The translations under genes were made by a program, and so were the position numbers. DNA of 63,585 bases, counting the filler, from Octopus bimaculoides (Eukaryota), in assembly GCF_001194135.2 (NCBI RefSeq). It is 4 parts of 4 records of this genome, joined end to end, with 100 filler letters (N's around TTAATTAATTAA, not from the genome) between each part and the next. Parts side by side here need not be neighbours in the genome. Positions count along the whole stretch, not along the records: positions 1 to 17,890 come from NC_068983.1; positions 17,991 to 43,222 come from NC_068989.1; 2 more parts are not named here. One strand, 5' to 3'. Below are positions 10,361 through 23,420 of this stretch, piece by piece; within the stretch, counting starts at the first letter, position 1, and the number at the start of each line of letters is the position of its first letter. Below the pieces are notes generated by a model. It did not search any database, was not told where the DNA came from, and saw only the letters and a list, made by a program, of their open reading frames with translations.

Positions 10361-13104
10361 AATACTAAACAATGAAAGAGCCACTATATCAGCGATGAGG
10401 AACTCATTTATAAGAACCTGTTATGGCACATATGTCCTGAAGCAGATTACGAATCTGTAAATTCATAGATATGCAACTTATATTAAATTACTGTTTAACG
10501 TTCTAAGGCTTAAACCTTTTTCCATATGGGTTTATGAATACTTCGTTGCAAATGGTTTTAAGTTTGAATGCAGGCAAAGTGTTCGACCCTACATCTGCGA
10601 TACGTGGTCGCCTGTCCTGTCATAAATAGCAGTAAAATCTTGCTCAGAATACGCTCGACTGTATTTTTTAATGAATCACTGTCGCCTCTAGCGATCGTGC
10701 GTTCATCATTGATGAGACTAAACAAGGTCGAAATCACGTGATTGGTGGTCTCAGCGCTGGAAGTAGCGAGGATTTATCTCCCCGCTAGCGATATAAACAA
10801 GAGTGCATTTTGCACTAAAAGGCGAATATGAGGGTTTCTTTCCTGGTATCTACCACAGTATAGTTTCTTCTAATAGAACATCCACGTTTAAGTGGGGTTA
10901 AATATTACCTCTCGGTATTAATACTGTCTCTGTTGCTAATACATTTTTTAAAAAATTTTAGTTTATTAGATTTGTCAGAAGAGGAGGAACAAATTGGATA
11001 ACGTAGTCCTTGATATGCAATGCCTCTGAGAAGAACGGGATGGCCAGAGTTGGGACGCCTTTCATAACATATCTGCTCAATCGCTGCAAAATCTACACAT
11101 CAGGATTACCTAGAATTACTTTCTAAGTATTTCCTTTGCATGAACCAAAATTAAAATTAATATGTATGTCACATTACTCTATTTTTGTCAACATGCTATA
11201 ATGCCGATGTCATAAAAGAAAATGGTGATATTTCCAATAAACTGAAATTTTAAAAAAATAATCAAATAAATATAAATAAATAAATAGAACAACTTTGAAA
11301 TTTCTTCAGACTTTAAACGAGTGGTTAATATCTACTTAAAACGGACTTCTTTGTTATTTTACTATCAAAATCATTGTAATAACAAACACAAATACAAGAT
11401 TAAAAGCCCTGCTTTGTAGATAATAAATGTGTCTGTAGTGGTGGGGAGTAAGGTGATGAACGACCATGAAAAATCACATGAGAGCAGAATAATCTTCCGA
11501 GTCTGCATTACGAACAAAGACCACTCGTTTGCAGCTGGTAAGCTGATCGTTTCAGCGTGTCACGCTGAACTTTAAAATTTTCTATGGTTAAATATTATTG
11601 CCTAGACATTCGCATTGCTCAAACTGAGAATGATATCTGTTTCCCACAATTAACAGCATGCTAACCGATATATTATATAGTATAATATTCATCTACTTCC
11701 ATCAGTTCTTCAATAATGATAGAAGAGGTCAGTTCCTGAGGCCTTTCTTTCGGACAAGTTTGTGCAAAGCAAATACAAAGGCGATGTTTGAAGCAAATGC
11801 AATGTTTTGACAAGAGACAGAGAAATATGGAATATAATTTGTGCTACAACTAGAAAATATAGAATTTTCTTTCTTGCTGGTAATAATTAGTTGTACAGTA
11901 TATGATACAGAATTGACATTACAAACTATTTGCATATTAAATAGAAAACGATTCCTGTTGCAGCAACTTACGTATTTTTAGTCTTCATATATGATTATTC
12001 CAATCAAACCTGGGATACTTCACTGCAATGTTAAATCTATTCTTGTACTTGACTGGTGTTATATTTTCTCGACCATGGAAGAGTGAGAGGCAAAGCTGAT
12101 CTCGATAGGATTTGAACGAAGCATGTAAAGAATTGTAACGAAATACTGCAGTTATTTTGTCCGACGCTCTAACAAGTTAGAAATAACAGACAAATCTCCC
12201 TCAAATTTGTAGTGTACGTAATTTCGGAAAGATTTAACTACAATTACATATCGTATATAATCTCTCAAATGAATTTTAAAAAATAAAGATGACGAAGTCG
12301 TAGATACCTCTAAAAAGACGGAATGCAATACTTTCGGACATTTATCTGCTCAGAACTGATCTGGAGCTAAACAATAACATGTTGCTTTTAAGCAGCCAGA
12401 AGTTGTTTTTTTTGTTTTGTTTTTTTAATATTACGTCGCTAGTTTGTTTCTCGAAACTAGATAAATCACTGACCAAATAACAGATAAAATTGAAAGGTTA
12501 CCATAACAGTACAGTCTTATCTTGACTATCCCCCACATACTCTCAAACACATCACCCCTCGACTTTTTGGACCCTATGACACATTACGTTAGATGACTGG
12601 TCAGAACTCTGTCAGTCCTGTCCTATCTTTGGCAGCACATGTGCTTCATCTCCGATCCATCAGAGACAGTTAAGTGGAGGAGTGGAACTCGCCTTCTAGT
12701 CATATTTCACCACATCATACACAATCAAACCTCCTAACACAAAATTCTGACAAGTGGTTCACTTACAGCTGTACTACAGAAATTATATATAAAAGAAAAG
12801 GCCTACAGCGCTTAGACAAAATCACCTAACTCCCTCAAATTGGACGGCTTTTACTCACCATCTCAACTCCGGTAAAACCATCTTCCGAAATGTAAAAGAT
12901 GCATTTCATATCCCTCAGACCGCACGTTTTCCCACCTTCCACCCTGCAGTTAATCCTTTTGGTCTTTTGTAAAATGTATATCCACCAACTTTGTGGCATC
13001 TTCACAATGGTATATGCTCATTTTTGTGTTAAGCAACTGTGTAAAAGAGGAAATTTTGTTCTCTCACCCTATGGATAGTTGTACAACAACAGCAGCTATT
13101 TTTC

Positions 13105-14449
13105 GTGACACATCAAACTTCTTTCAGGAAAACCAACTTTCGTGTGATTCGCTGGTTAAGGGTGTGCACTGATGGAGCTCCAGCCATGCTTGGTCTGCAG
13201 TCTGGATTGATTACTAGGGTGGAAGAAAAAGATCCATCTGTTGTATGTACACACTGCATACTTCATCGTGAAGCTTCAGCATCCAGAACCTTACCTACTG
13301 AAATGAGAAATGTCTTGAACGTGGCTACCAAGGTTGTCAACTTTGTTAAAGGTAGAGCCTTAAACAGTCATCTTTTCAAACTGTTGTGTAAAGATATGGA
13401 ATCTGAACATGAAGTATTGCTTTTTCACGCGAACGTACAATGGCCATCAAAGGGGAACATGCTTGGACGGCTTTATTAACTACGAGAAGTAGCAATGTTT
13501 CTTGATTTGCCGTTGAAGGCAGATCTCCATGACAAGTTCCGGTCTCCAGCTTACCTGGTGGACATCTTCGAAGCGTACAAGGGGAAAACATCAACATTCT
13601 CACGCACCATGATACCATTCGAACTTTCATGGCCAAACTCGACCTCTGGAAATGTCGAACTCGGCAAGGAAATACTGCCAGTTTTAGTTACTTGGATTCT
13701 ACTCTCATTCACGTTAACCTTAATTCTGAGTTAAAGAAACAAATAACTCATCTAACTGACTTGAAAACAAAATTCATCAGATACTTCCCAGATATAGATG
13801 AAAAGCGTTAAGCTTAGAAATTCATCAAGAATCAATTTCAGTGTGAAGTGACTGATGTTTTGGATGAAGTGCAAGAAGAGTTTCTTGAGCTGAAGTTCAA
13901 CTCTCTAGCAAAGGAAAACTTCAAAGAACTGGATCTTGAAACGTTCTGCGTCAAGTAACTTCCTGTTTACCCTCTTATATCACATCAGGCTCTTCGGATT
14001 TTAGCTGTGTTTGGATCCACGTATCTTTGTGAAGGTACATTTTTCACGCTTGTTGCCGTCAAGACCAAGTACAGAGACAAACTGAACGTTGAAAGGGACT
14101 TACGTTGTGCACTCTCTGGCATTCAACCACGCATTCAAGATCTTGTAGCTAAGAAGTAGTGTCAAGTATCTCACTAATAATGTGACTAATTCCTATTCAA
14201 TAAAAAAAGCATTTTTTTTTTTGCTAAGAAGCAGTGTCAAATATCTCACTTTTTGTATAAAGTGATTATATATAAACTTATACATATTTTGTATAATGTG
14301 TCTAATTGATATGCAATAAAAAGACTAAAAACATATTTTAGATTTTATTCAAAATCTGGGAGGGAATTTTATTCATAGATGCCAAGGGGGCGTGGAGAGA
14401 AGGACAAATTCCTAGGGAGGCGTGGTAGTAAAAAGGTTAAGAACCACTG
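13105..14449 (+). mobile_element. hAT (Buster/Charlie-type) transposon, 5'-truncated and degenerate
   Basis: CTDGAPAMLG and THCILHREASAS motifs plus a hATC-like tail. The right terminus reverse-complements to CAGTGGTTCTTAAC. Confidence 0.9.
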
Positions 14450-15030
14450 CTTTGGACGTTGCATTGACAGTTACTTCTTCAACTTTATCTCTCTGGAATT
14501 CTCTCCCCTTGGTCATGTTTTCCCTGTAACCGTTAGCAGCACCAATGCTGTTGGTTTCAGAAGGCTACGGAACCCCTTTCACCAGATAAAATCATTAAAA
14601 AAACATTTAGGATAAAACTAAAGTCTTGAAGTTGAGTAAAGTAAAACAAAAACTCATTTACATCAAGAATGTTTTATAGGACTATTACATAGAAATCAAG
14701 AATATTACAAAGAAATATCTTACTGAGCCCCAAAATATTGAAAGCAAAATTAATATCAACAGGATTTGAACTCTGTTGTTCAATATTCTTTTATTTAAAA
14801 AAGAAAACCTTTACTGAATTAATTTTTCCAAATTACTTTCTATGTTCGAGCTTCTTTTACTAATAATTCCTTGCGTTCATTGAATACCAGAAATGTGTAT
14901 TAGAAAAATAAACCTGATTAAATCGACTCTCAAACCATTCATCGTACATTTGTTACAGACTCTGAGGAATCAACAGCAAAATTGACCTCAGTACGCAAAA
15001 GGTTTGTGTGTGTGTGTGTGCGTGTGCGTG

Positions 15031-16150
15031 TCATTATTCAGTTTTACTTCAAGATTTCTTCCCAATAGAAAAAGAGCCGGTTTCTAACCTAGATCCAAGG
15101 CTTCTTCATTGGAATGTCAACATCAGCCAGGTATTGTATGTATGTATGTATGTATGTGTGTGTGCAGATTTTTATGTTTTGCTTCATGTATATATTCTTA
15201 TGCATATATAAACATGATAAACTTCTGGAAAGTTTTACAGATTTTTACAGTTCCAGTGAAGGATTGGATCTGTAATCTTCGAATGAGCTTTCTCCTTTAT
15301 AATTTTGAGAATCCTAATTTCTCAAGATGGGTATTTAGGTAGTGTGTTACATATCCCAGTGTCACAATAATTACAGGTATAAACCTGAACTTGTAATCTG
15401 GATAGAGTAGCTGTAGATTCCTCAGTAGTTCAGCGTAGGTATTTTCTTTTCCGCTGATCTTTAGCTTTATGTTAACATCTACTGGGCAGCTAATTCCCAC
15501 AACTGTACGCAGTTTCTCTTTTCTATCCCAAATCATTATGTCAGGTCTGTTGTGTTTATATTTTATTGAGGTTTTCACTGAGACGTTCCACCAGTATTCC
15601 TTTTTATTATGAGTGGCTATGGCTTCCACCATACTGTACGGTCTTATTTCTTTGTCTTTGAGGTTATCCTTCCGACGGATCTCATTATACAGTGTCCTAG
15701 CTACAACATCATGTCTCATCGGTAGATAATACCGTGATGGCATTTTCGGACAACTGCTTATGATGTGGGTGATATCTTCGGTGTTTACTCCACAAAGTCT
15801 GCATCGGTTGTTACATTTTGCTGCTTTTCCAAAGTGGGAGATAGTAATGCAGTTGTCGGTCCAAGATAGATTGCTTTGATGATCAATGTTACTATCATCT
15901 CGGAGCTTTTTACTAACATAGCCATGCGTGGTCTTCTTCTAATATATGTTCACCTTTTCATCTGATGGTACATTGCGGTAGAGTCGTGCGACTTCTTTGG
16001 GCATGTATTTAAGGTTATCAGACAAGGAATACTGCTCAAGGAGCTGCTTTCCAAGTGCTATGATTGATGATGGTCGTAGTGATCTGTATTGTTTATAAAC
16101 AATACAGATCACTGCGACTATCAACAGGCCAATGTCTGGACACCCAACCA
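15031..16150 (-). mobile_element. R4/Dong-clade non-LTR retrotransposon 3' fragment with restriction-like endonuclease
   Basis: CRLCGVNTEDITHIISSC zinc knuckle, then RHDVVAR and HNRPDIMIWD..ISCP. The 3' end abuts a (CA)n tract. Confidence 0.85.
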
Positions 16151-17365
16151 ATTAACACTTTGCTACTATCATAGCACTCCTTCTTCGAACTCACAAGAGT
16201 TAATAAGTGAAACAGAGACAAGCAGAAACAAGAAAAATGACCCTGTTGTTTGAATACTATACAAATATGTCTTTAAAAAGATTTTTCTTTTAAATTTACC
16301 AAAGTTTAATTTTTCAATAATTTTTTTNNNNNNNNNNNNNNNNNNNNNNNNNNNNNNNNNNNNNNNNNNNNNNNNNNNNNNNNNNNNNNNNNNNNNNNNN
16401 NNNNNNNNNNNNNNNNNNNNNNNNNNNNNNNNNNNNNNNNNNNNNNNNNNNNNNNNNNNNNNNNNNNNNNNNNNNNNNNNNNNNNNNNNNNNNNNNNNNN
16501 NNNNNNNNNNNNNNNNNNNNNNNNNNNNNNNNNNNNNNNNNNNNNNNNNNNNNNNNNNNNNNNNNNNNNNNNNNNNNNNNNNNNNNNNNNNNNNNNNNNN
16601 NNNNNNNNNNNNNNNNNNNNNNNNNNNNNNNNNNNNNNNNNNNNNNNNNNNNNNNNNNNNNNNNNNNNNNNNNNNNNNNNNNNNNNNNNNNNNNNNNNNN
16701 NNNNNNNNNNNNNNNNNNNNNNNNNNNNNNNNNNNNNNNNNNNNNNNNNNNNNNNNNNNNNNNNNNNNNNNNNNNNNNNNNNNNNNNNNNNNNNNNNNNN
16801 NNNNNNNNNNNNNNNNNNNNNNNNNNNNNNNNNNNNNNNNNNNNNNNNNNNNNNNNNNNNNNNNNNNNNNNNNNNNNNNNNNNNNNNNNNNNNNNNNNNN
16901 NNNNNNNNNNNNNNNNNNNNNNNNNNNNNNNNNNNNTATGTGTGTGTGTAATTATTTTAAAGGAGCAAGGGCAAAAAAACGACCTATCTCCAACATGTTT
17001 GAAAAAATGCCGAGGCATTCAGATACTACCGAAAAACTCCAAAAATATATACGGATTGTAAGGGGGGGGAGTGAAAAAAACATTAAAAAATCATCACGTT
17101 AATTGTGAATTGGGTCCAATTTCTAGATTAAAGCCATATAAACAAGCTTTTTTTCCTTCGTCAACACAATACACGAGAAATATAAATACAAATAATTATG
17201 TATACCCGTACCAAACAGATTCGCACGTCCAAATACAAATATTTGCACGTATAGATCAAAGATAAGTCAGACTAATAATTTTTCAGAACCACGTATATGT
17301 ATGTATGCATGAATGTATGTATGTATGTATGTATGTATGTATGTATGCATGTATGTATTTAAGTA

Positions 17366-17780
17366 GGCGCAGGCGTGGCTATGTGGTAAGAAGTTTGCTT
17401 CCCAACCACATGGTTCCGGGTTCAGTCCCACTGCGTGGTACCTTGGGTAAGTGTTTTCTACTATAGCCTCGGGTCGACCGAAGCCTTGTCAGTGGATTTA
17501 GTAGATAGAAACTGAAAAAAGCCCGTCGTATATATATATATATATATATTTGTGTGTATGTGTTTGTGTGTGTTTTTGTGTTTGTGTTTATCCCTTGCCA
17601 CCATCGTTTGACAACCGATGTTGGTGTGTTTACATCCCCGTATCCTTGCGGTTCGGCAAAAGAGGCCACTAGAATAAGTACTAGGCTTACAAAGAATAAT
17701 ATCTGGGATCGTTGTTCGACTAAAGGCGGTGCTCCTGAATACCTGCAGTCAAATGACTGAAACAAGTAAAAGAATAAAAG
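17366..17780 (+). mobile_element. Composite tRNA-head SINE, family B, full length
   Basis: GGCGCAGGCGTGGCTATGTGGTAAG head, GGTTCAGTCCC B-box, internal (TA)/(TG) tract and GAAACAAGTAAAAGA tail. Confidence 0.9.
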
Positions 17781-17890
17781 TTGGATGGAGCTCTCCAACA
17801 CTGGAGTGAACTGGGCTTGTCTGCTCCCGAGAAGGTGGAGGACAGTCGGAGTCAGAGAGCTTGGGACAATATAACTTCGAAGGCCACTTT
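17781..17890 (+). mobile_element. Probable non-LTR ORF fragment next to a gap
   Basis: Open reading LDGALQHWSELGLSAPEKVEDSRSQRAWDNITSKAT, GC-rich. Clade uncertain. Confidence 0.3.
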
Positions 17891-17990
17891 NNNNNNNNNN
17901 NNNNNNNNNNNNNNNNNNNNNNNNNNNNNNNNNNTTAATTAATTAANNNNNNNNNNNNNNNNNNNNNNNNNNNNNNNNNNNNNNNNNNNN

Positions 17991-18238
17991 ATGATGCTGC
18001 TACACCAGTCATAGGGTATGACTCCTTCGTGTATCACCTGGTTCGTAATACTGGTGACTAGGCTATAGCCAACACTGCCAGATATTTTGAGCATCTCTGC
18101 AGTGATTCCTGATGGGCCGGGGGCTTTCCCGGTCTTCATACTCTTAATTGCTTTATCTACCCTGGTACTATCAACTCGGATAGCTGGTCCCTCTATTGGG
18201 TCGACATAAGGCAGGCTCTTTTTCTCCCATTCATTCTC
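17991..18238 (-). mobile_element. RTE-clade LINE fragment (pre-RT region)
   Basis: AIKSMKTGKAPGPSGITAEMLK...VIPYDWCSSI. Confidence 0.85.
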
Positions 18239-18240
18239 TT

Positions 18241-18283
<43 letters not shown>

Positions 18284-18289
18284 ATGTAT

Positions 18290-18480
18290 GTGTTTGTTCC
18301 CCACCACCACTTGACAACCAGTGTTGATGTGTTTACATCCCCATAGCTTAATGGTTCGGCAAAGAGAGGCTGATAGAATAAGTACCAGGCTTAAAAAAAG
18401 TTCTGGAGTCAATTTGTTCAACTAAACCCTTTCAAGGTGATGTTCAAATGACTGAAACAAGTAAAAGAATAAAAGAATAA
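18290..18480 (+). mobile_element. SINE family B, 3' half
   Basis: Homologous to 17580-17780. Confidence 0.8.
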
Positions 18481-19085
18481 ATAAAATGAAGCCATGTGAC
18501 TGGGTATATGCATACACACACACAAGCACTTACATTCAACTCATAGCTACATGCCTTTCAGTCATGTAGCTGGCATTTGCAAAATGTACTGGTCTGTTTA
18601 CCTAATACGGAAAGTTCAACTCAACCAGTGTTAGTTATTCAAGAGATGTACTGTTTATACTGTGAATTTATGGCATACCTGATTATTTTTAGCAGTGGTG
18701 ATACAGAAAAAGACGAGTATATTTATCTAACTTCTAAATGGTTAATCATTTTTTACTTTATTTTTACATGAGGTCTGAAATAAATTCAAGATTTATCAAA
18801 TTTTCCAAGACAAGATTTATTTGATTTTAGATATCGAAATAAATCATTTAATATTTTGAATTCATTAAAGATGAAAGCCTTTAAATACAGTGTTTCCAAA
18901 AAAATATAGGAATTTCAAGCTTGTATGACAGCCTTTTTTCATCTCAAAGCTACATTTGATTATTTAAAGAGATAAATTTCATTGCATAAAATTGGAAATT
19001 TTTTTCGTTTCCAGAATGTGAATCAATAAAACCAAGGATATGCAATTGTTTAAAACTTTTCCACATTTCTACATTCTTTGTTTAG

Positions 19086-19146
19086 GTTGCTGCTGTGAGT
19101 CCAGCTGATATCAACTATCAGGAATCCTTGTCAACTCTGAGATATG
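19086..19146 (+). CDS. KIF28: Kinesin exon: motor C-terminus VAAVSPADINYQESLSTLRY
   Basis: tttag| ... |gtaag. Matches the kinesin beta8-alpha6 signature. Phase 0 to 1. Confidence 0.95.
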
Positions 19147-19529
19147 GTAAGTTGTCGGATGTTTGAATGGTACATTTGTTAAAAGTCACATATTGAAATT
19201 TGAAAGGTGACACTACACATTTTAATTGCTTGCAATTCTTAGTTTATTTAAACACTAATTTTTCATTTGTGAATTTCACATTCATTATTCAGATCAAGTA
19301 TAACAAAGCTAAATATATATCGAGGATTAGTAAAGAGAAGTTTAATTATCAATGTATAGGTAATAAGGTTTTTGTCTCCAGTTTTCTAAACCTATAAGAT
19401 ATCACTAAAAAACTTGGTTCTGCTTGGTGCTTTTGTAAATTAGTATTGTAATTTTCAGTAAGAAGAGCAAACATATTTGAAGGTGGTAGTTTTAGTCAAG
19501 TAACTGTATGTTAAGTATAGACTTGCTGA

Positions 19530-19740
19530 AGAGCCTTGAGATCAACCCTAGCACCTGGGAAATGCAAGCACAAGACTGCCTTGCCTGGCAAAGCTGCACT
19601 AATAGAGGTGTTGTTTCTTATGAACAGAACAGGATTGCAGAGGCATGAAGAAAACATGAACTACATAAGTCTGGAGCTAACTTCTTGTCTTCAGTTCCAG
19701 CAGACCATCTGTGCCTGATATGCAGTAGAGCCTTCCAAGA
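19530..19740 (+). mobile_element. RTE-like ORF2 C-terminal remnant
   Basis: Reads INPSTWEMQAQDCLAWQS, resembling the RTE terminal WE..A.DR..WR motif. Confidence 0.35.
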
Positions 19741-20595
19741 ACACATTGGACTGATTGGTCACAGCGAAGCACTATTTCTCATCTTCTTCTATATGATGTC
19801 CTTGGTCATTGTTGATAATGATGGATGAACTATTAAAAACAATTAACATAGCAAAGAATATGATAAAATACCTCCAGAGAAGTACTCCATCTTAGTGTAC
19901 AGAAAAAGTATAAATAGACATCTAGTATTATATTGTCAATATAATCAGTGAATTATGAAAAAAAAGCAATGAACTTTGTGACTGATTGACAGGAAAACCT
20001 GTCTAAGTGCATCTGATCCACTGCATTAAGAATAACAGTAATGAATATTGACTTCTCAACTGGCTTGCTGAAAGAAGTGGAATGTTTTTGTTAGGGAACT
20101 TACTTAATTTTGGAAGTAGAGCTAGTGATTAAATGATGGCTAGGGTCTGAGGTGTTAGAGAACAGTTACTTCAGCAAAAGAGATTCTTGTGTATGTAAAT
20201 ATGGTTAATTGAAGAACATATAATAAATATGATACTGTACAGCAGTGAAAAACTAACAGAGGATGCTGGGGCATAATTATTGTTAGAGCTTATTATGTAC
20301 CATTAGGATATGTAATATTCTCTTCAAAGGCAGACTGCATTGAATTAAGAAATACATTAGGTTTTGAAGCAATTGGTCAGTGTCAATTAATGAAGATGTA
20401 AAGTGAATGATGATGAGTGGTAAATGGGTTGGAATGATTTACCTAAATACAGTTATTGTTATGTAGAATGGTACTCTAAATGAGACAGCACAGAACCTTC
20501 TGTAAGGAGATGAAAGAATATTTTAGTAACTCTTGGAGATTCTCATTGCATTCATTCTTATGTTAATAAAGTAAATAACATGTAAAATTATTACA

Positions 20596-20760
20596 AGGCA
20601 CACGGCCACACATAGGTGGGGTTAAGAAGTTTGCTTTCCAACCATGTGGTCTTTTGTCCTACTGTGTATAACTTGGGCAAGAGTTTTGTACTATACCGTA
20701 GGCCAACCAAAGCCTTGTGAGTGGATTTGGTAGAAGGAAGCTGAAAGAAGCCTATCATAT
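20596..20760 (+). mobile_element. SINE family B, 5' half, degenerate
   Basis: Homologous to 17366-17530. Confidence 0.75.
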
Positions 20761-21233
20761 GTATACATATATATATATATATAACTGCTTCAACAAATTC
20801 CATCTGACCCATTCAAATTGGAAAAGTAGCCATTAAATAATGACTGATGATAATTATCATCATTATAGTTATAAAGAAAGTGAACTTTATTACTTTGGTT
20901 ATGTCTCTTTATTCCCAGTTTAAATCCTGTTATGGTTACTTTGTTTTTCATCTTTCTGGGTTTGGTAAACTATTTAGGTACCGAGGTTGTTAGAAATCCT
21001 TGTTATTTTTATTGTAATTGACATACATTAGCATGCTTTATAATGTGATTTAAGAGATAATATCATGAATGAAATTTGCAATTGGACTGTTTATGAATTA
21101 ATCATATTTCAAAGATAGCTGTGTAAATTATTGTGTTTAACATTTTGTTGAAACTAAGATGTTATAATTTAGAAATGTGTTTTCAGATATTCATCCGACT
21201 ATTCTAATATTATTGTTTTTCTGCTTTTGAAAG

Positions 21234-21392
21234 TTAACCGAGCCAAAGAAATTAAAACAATGGCTAAAATAAATGAAAGTGAGACAGATGTCTTGATACG
21301 CAAACTAACTGAGGAAATTGAACAATATAAGTCAATGATGAAATCTGGAAATATTCCAATGATGTCAGATACTGCTGATCTCACTGAAGAGG
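21234..21392 (+). CDS. KIF28: Kinesin exon: neck linker/neck coil (V)NRAKEIKTMAKINESETDVLIRKLTEEIEQYK...
   Basis: ttttgaaag| ... |gtaag. 159 nt, phase 1 to 1. Confidence 0.9.
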
Positions 21393-22290
21393 GTAAGAAG
21401 TTTTTGGATAATTTTGTAGCTGTTGTATGGAGATGGAGTGACAAATTTCTGGTGTTGTTAGTTTACATACAACAGTTATTGCTACATTTTTCACAAGGCT
21501 TCATGAAAATACAGACAGCATCAATCTTATACAAATGTCAGGTTTTACAGATGCTGAAGCTTTCACAAATAATTAATGATTAAGATGATCTTACATATTG
21601 CTGCAAAAACATGTGGCTGCATTGATCTCTTCATCCATCTTTGAGTTCCCAATTCACTCTGCTTAATCATGCCAAAAGTGTCTCTTTTTAAGGCCATCAC
21701 TGATGAACTTCTTGGAATTTATATGAGATGATAAACCATGAGAAAATGGAGAAAATAAGAGTTGGAGTAACTGCCATAATTTCATTGGTACTGGATATGA
21801 CATTATTTGTATGTAGTTTAGAGAATAATATTCAGTGTATTTGACAGATTATTGTCTTACTTTTCATTTTTAGTATATTTAATTCATTAATCTATTTTCA
21901 GAACTTTTGCTTGGAAGTGAAGCAAATATTTATCAAAATTGATAGAAAGATTTCATTGTTGTTAACAAATTCATTTCAATTAAGAATTTTTTCAAGCAAT
22001 TTCTATCAATTTTCAGGAATTTTCACTGTCCAACATAGTCGTTTGTAGGTATAGCAAAAACTGTTCTTACACATTCACCAGTTTTGCAGTGTCAGTTCTG
22101 GTTTGTTAATAACCTGAACCTTTGAAATATTTATGGTCATTCAATTTTTTTGAACTTCTTAAATTTTTTGGCATAGATTCCATAGAGATTAGATCTTTTT
22201 TCAACATGACAGCAAGTATTAATTGTTATTGTCCTGTATTTTGCCATTACTAATTTAGAATATTACTGTTTCAATATTCTCTGCACAAAC

Positions 22291-22496
22291 AAGGTGGTGA
22301 GCTGGCAGAAACATCAGCATGCCGGGCCAAATGCTTAGTGGTATTTCGTCTGTTTTTACGTTCTGAGTTCAAATTCTGCCGAGGTTGACTTTACCTTTCA
22401 TCCTTTTGAGATTGATAAATTAAGTACCAGTTGCATACTGAGGTTGATCTAATCGACCCCCCCCCCATTCCAGGCTTTGTGCCTAGAGTAGAAAAG
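22291..22496 (+). mobile_element. tRNA-head SINE, family A, with 18-bp target-site duplication
   Basis: Flanked by AATATT(C/T)TCTGCACAAAC at 22273-22290 and 22497-22514. Confidence 0.9.
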
Positions 22497-22859
22497 AATA
22501 TTTTCTGCACAAACATTTGTTAAATCATTCCAAATGACAGAGAGTAGGCATAATCTCCAACAAAGCTTTTATTGAGTATCTATTCCAATTTTTTAACTAT
22601 CTTAAGTGCCTTGTGCTTTACTGAAGAGTTACATTTCATCTTTAATTGCTGTCTTTTAATAATATTCCATATTCTGTCCTATTCCCAGAGTAATCCATAT
22701 GACAGTAGCCTCATTATCCCCATTAAACATTCCCTTTTCTTTACTGGCATGGCATAGATGGATTATCACAGTCCAAATTAGGTTCTTATTTGGAACAACT
22801 ATCCTCTTACATATACCCACTCTCTCTTGTTCATATATTAATCTGTTGTTAGCATAGTT

Positions 22860-23420
22860 TCTATTTCCAGTCACTTTAAAGGGTGTACTGGGTGTAATTT
22901 ACGATGGCATTATCACTAGAGAGGTTGCCATGTGCCTAATGTTCATATGCCAACCAGTTTACTGAATGTACTGAATGTGATGGTTCTTGGTAAGGGAATT
23001 TGTTAGAAATAGCATGGGCAGCTATGAGAACTGGTCATTGGCATACAGGCATTACCACAAGTTGCTGATGTTTAACTTCTCTGTTATGGTTTGAAAGACT
23101 ATAATAAATAAAAAGAGGCTGAGAAATAAGTCCTGATGTGCATCACCAAACATATTAAATCTCTCACTGAACTCATTGGTAACTCTCACCTGGCTGATGT
23201 TACCTCTGAGCATGGCTTTCAAGACTTTCACAAGTCTAATCCTAAGTTTCTTCACAATCACTAGACTATAGAGTGTGGAAACCTATCAAAGGCTTTCTCC
23301 AGGTCATAAAACACATGGTAAAGTGTTTTATTGCATGCGGAGTACTTCTATAATTCTCTCATTAGGCTAGGAAGTAATTAACATCACCTCCTCCTAGAAT
23401 TTGCATGAACTGTATTTCAT
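22860..23420 (-). mobile_element. Degenerate RTE reverse-transcriptase fragment
   Basis: VRVTNEFSERFNMFGDAHQDLFLSLFLFIIV resembles the RTE GVHQGSVLSPLLFIIV motif. Confidence 0.65.

Noticed and set aside
17935-17946. TTAATTAATTAA island inside an N-run (also 43267-43278 and 58928-58939)
   Set aside because: The identical palindrome, with stops in all frames, sits in the middle of three gaps. It is an assembly spacer, not biology.
21393-21583. ORF-track extension of the neck exon into the intron
   Set aside because: A strong gtaag donor at 21393 and in-phase continuation at 24094 explain the frame. The extension has no kinesin features.
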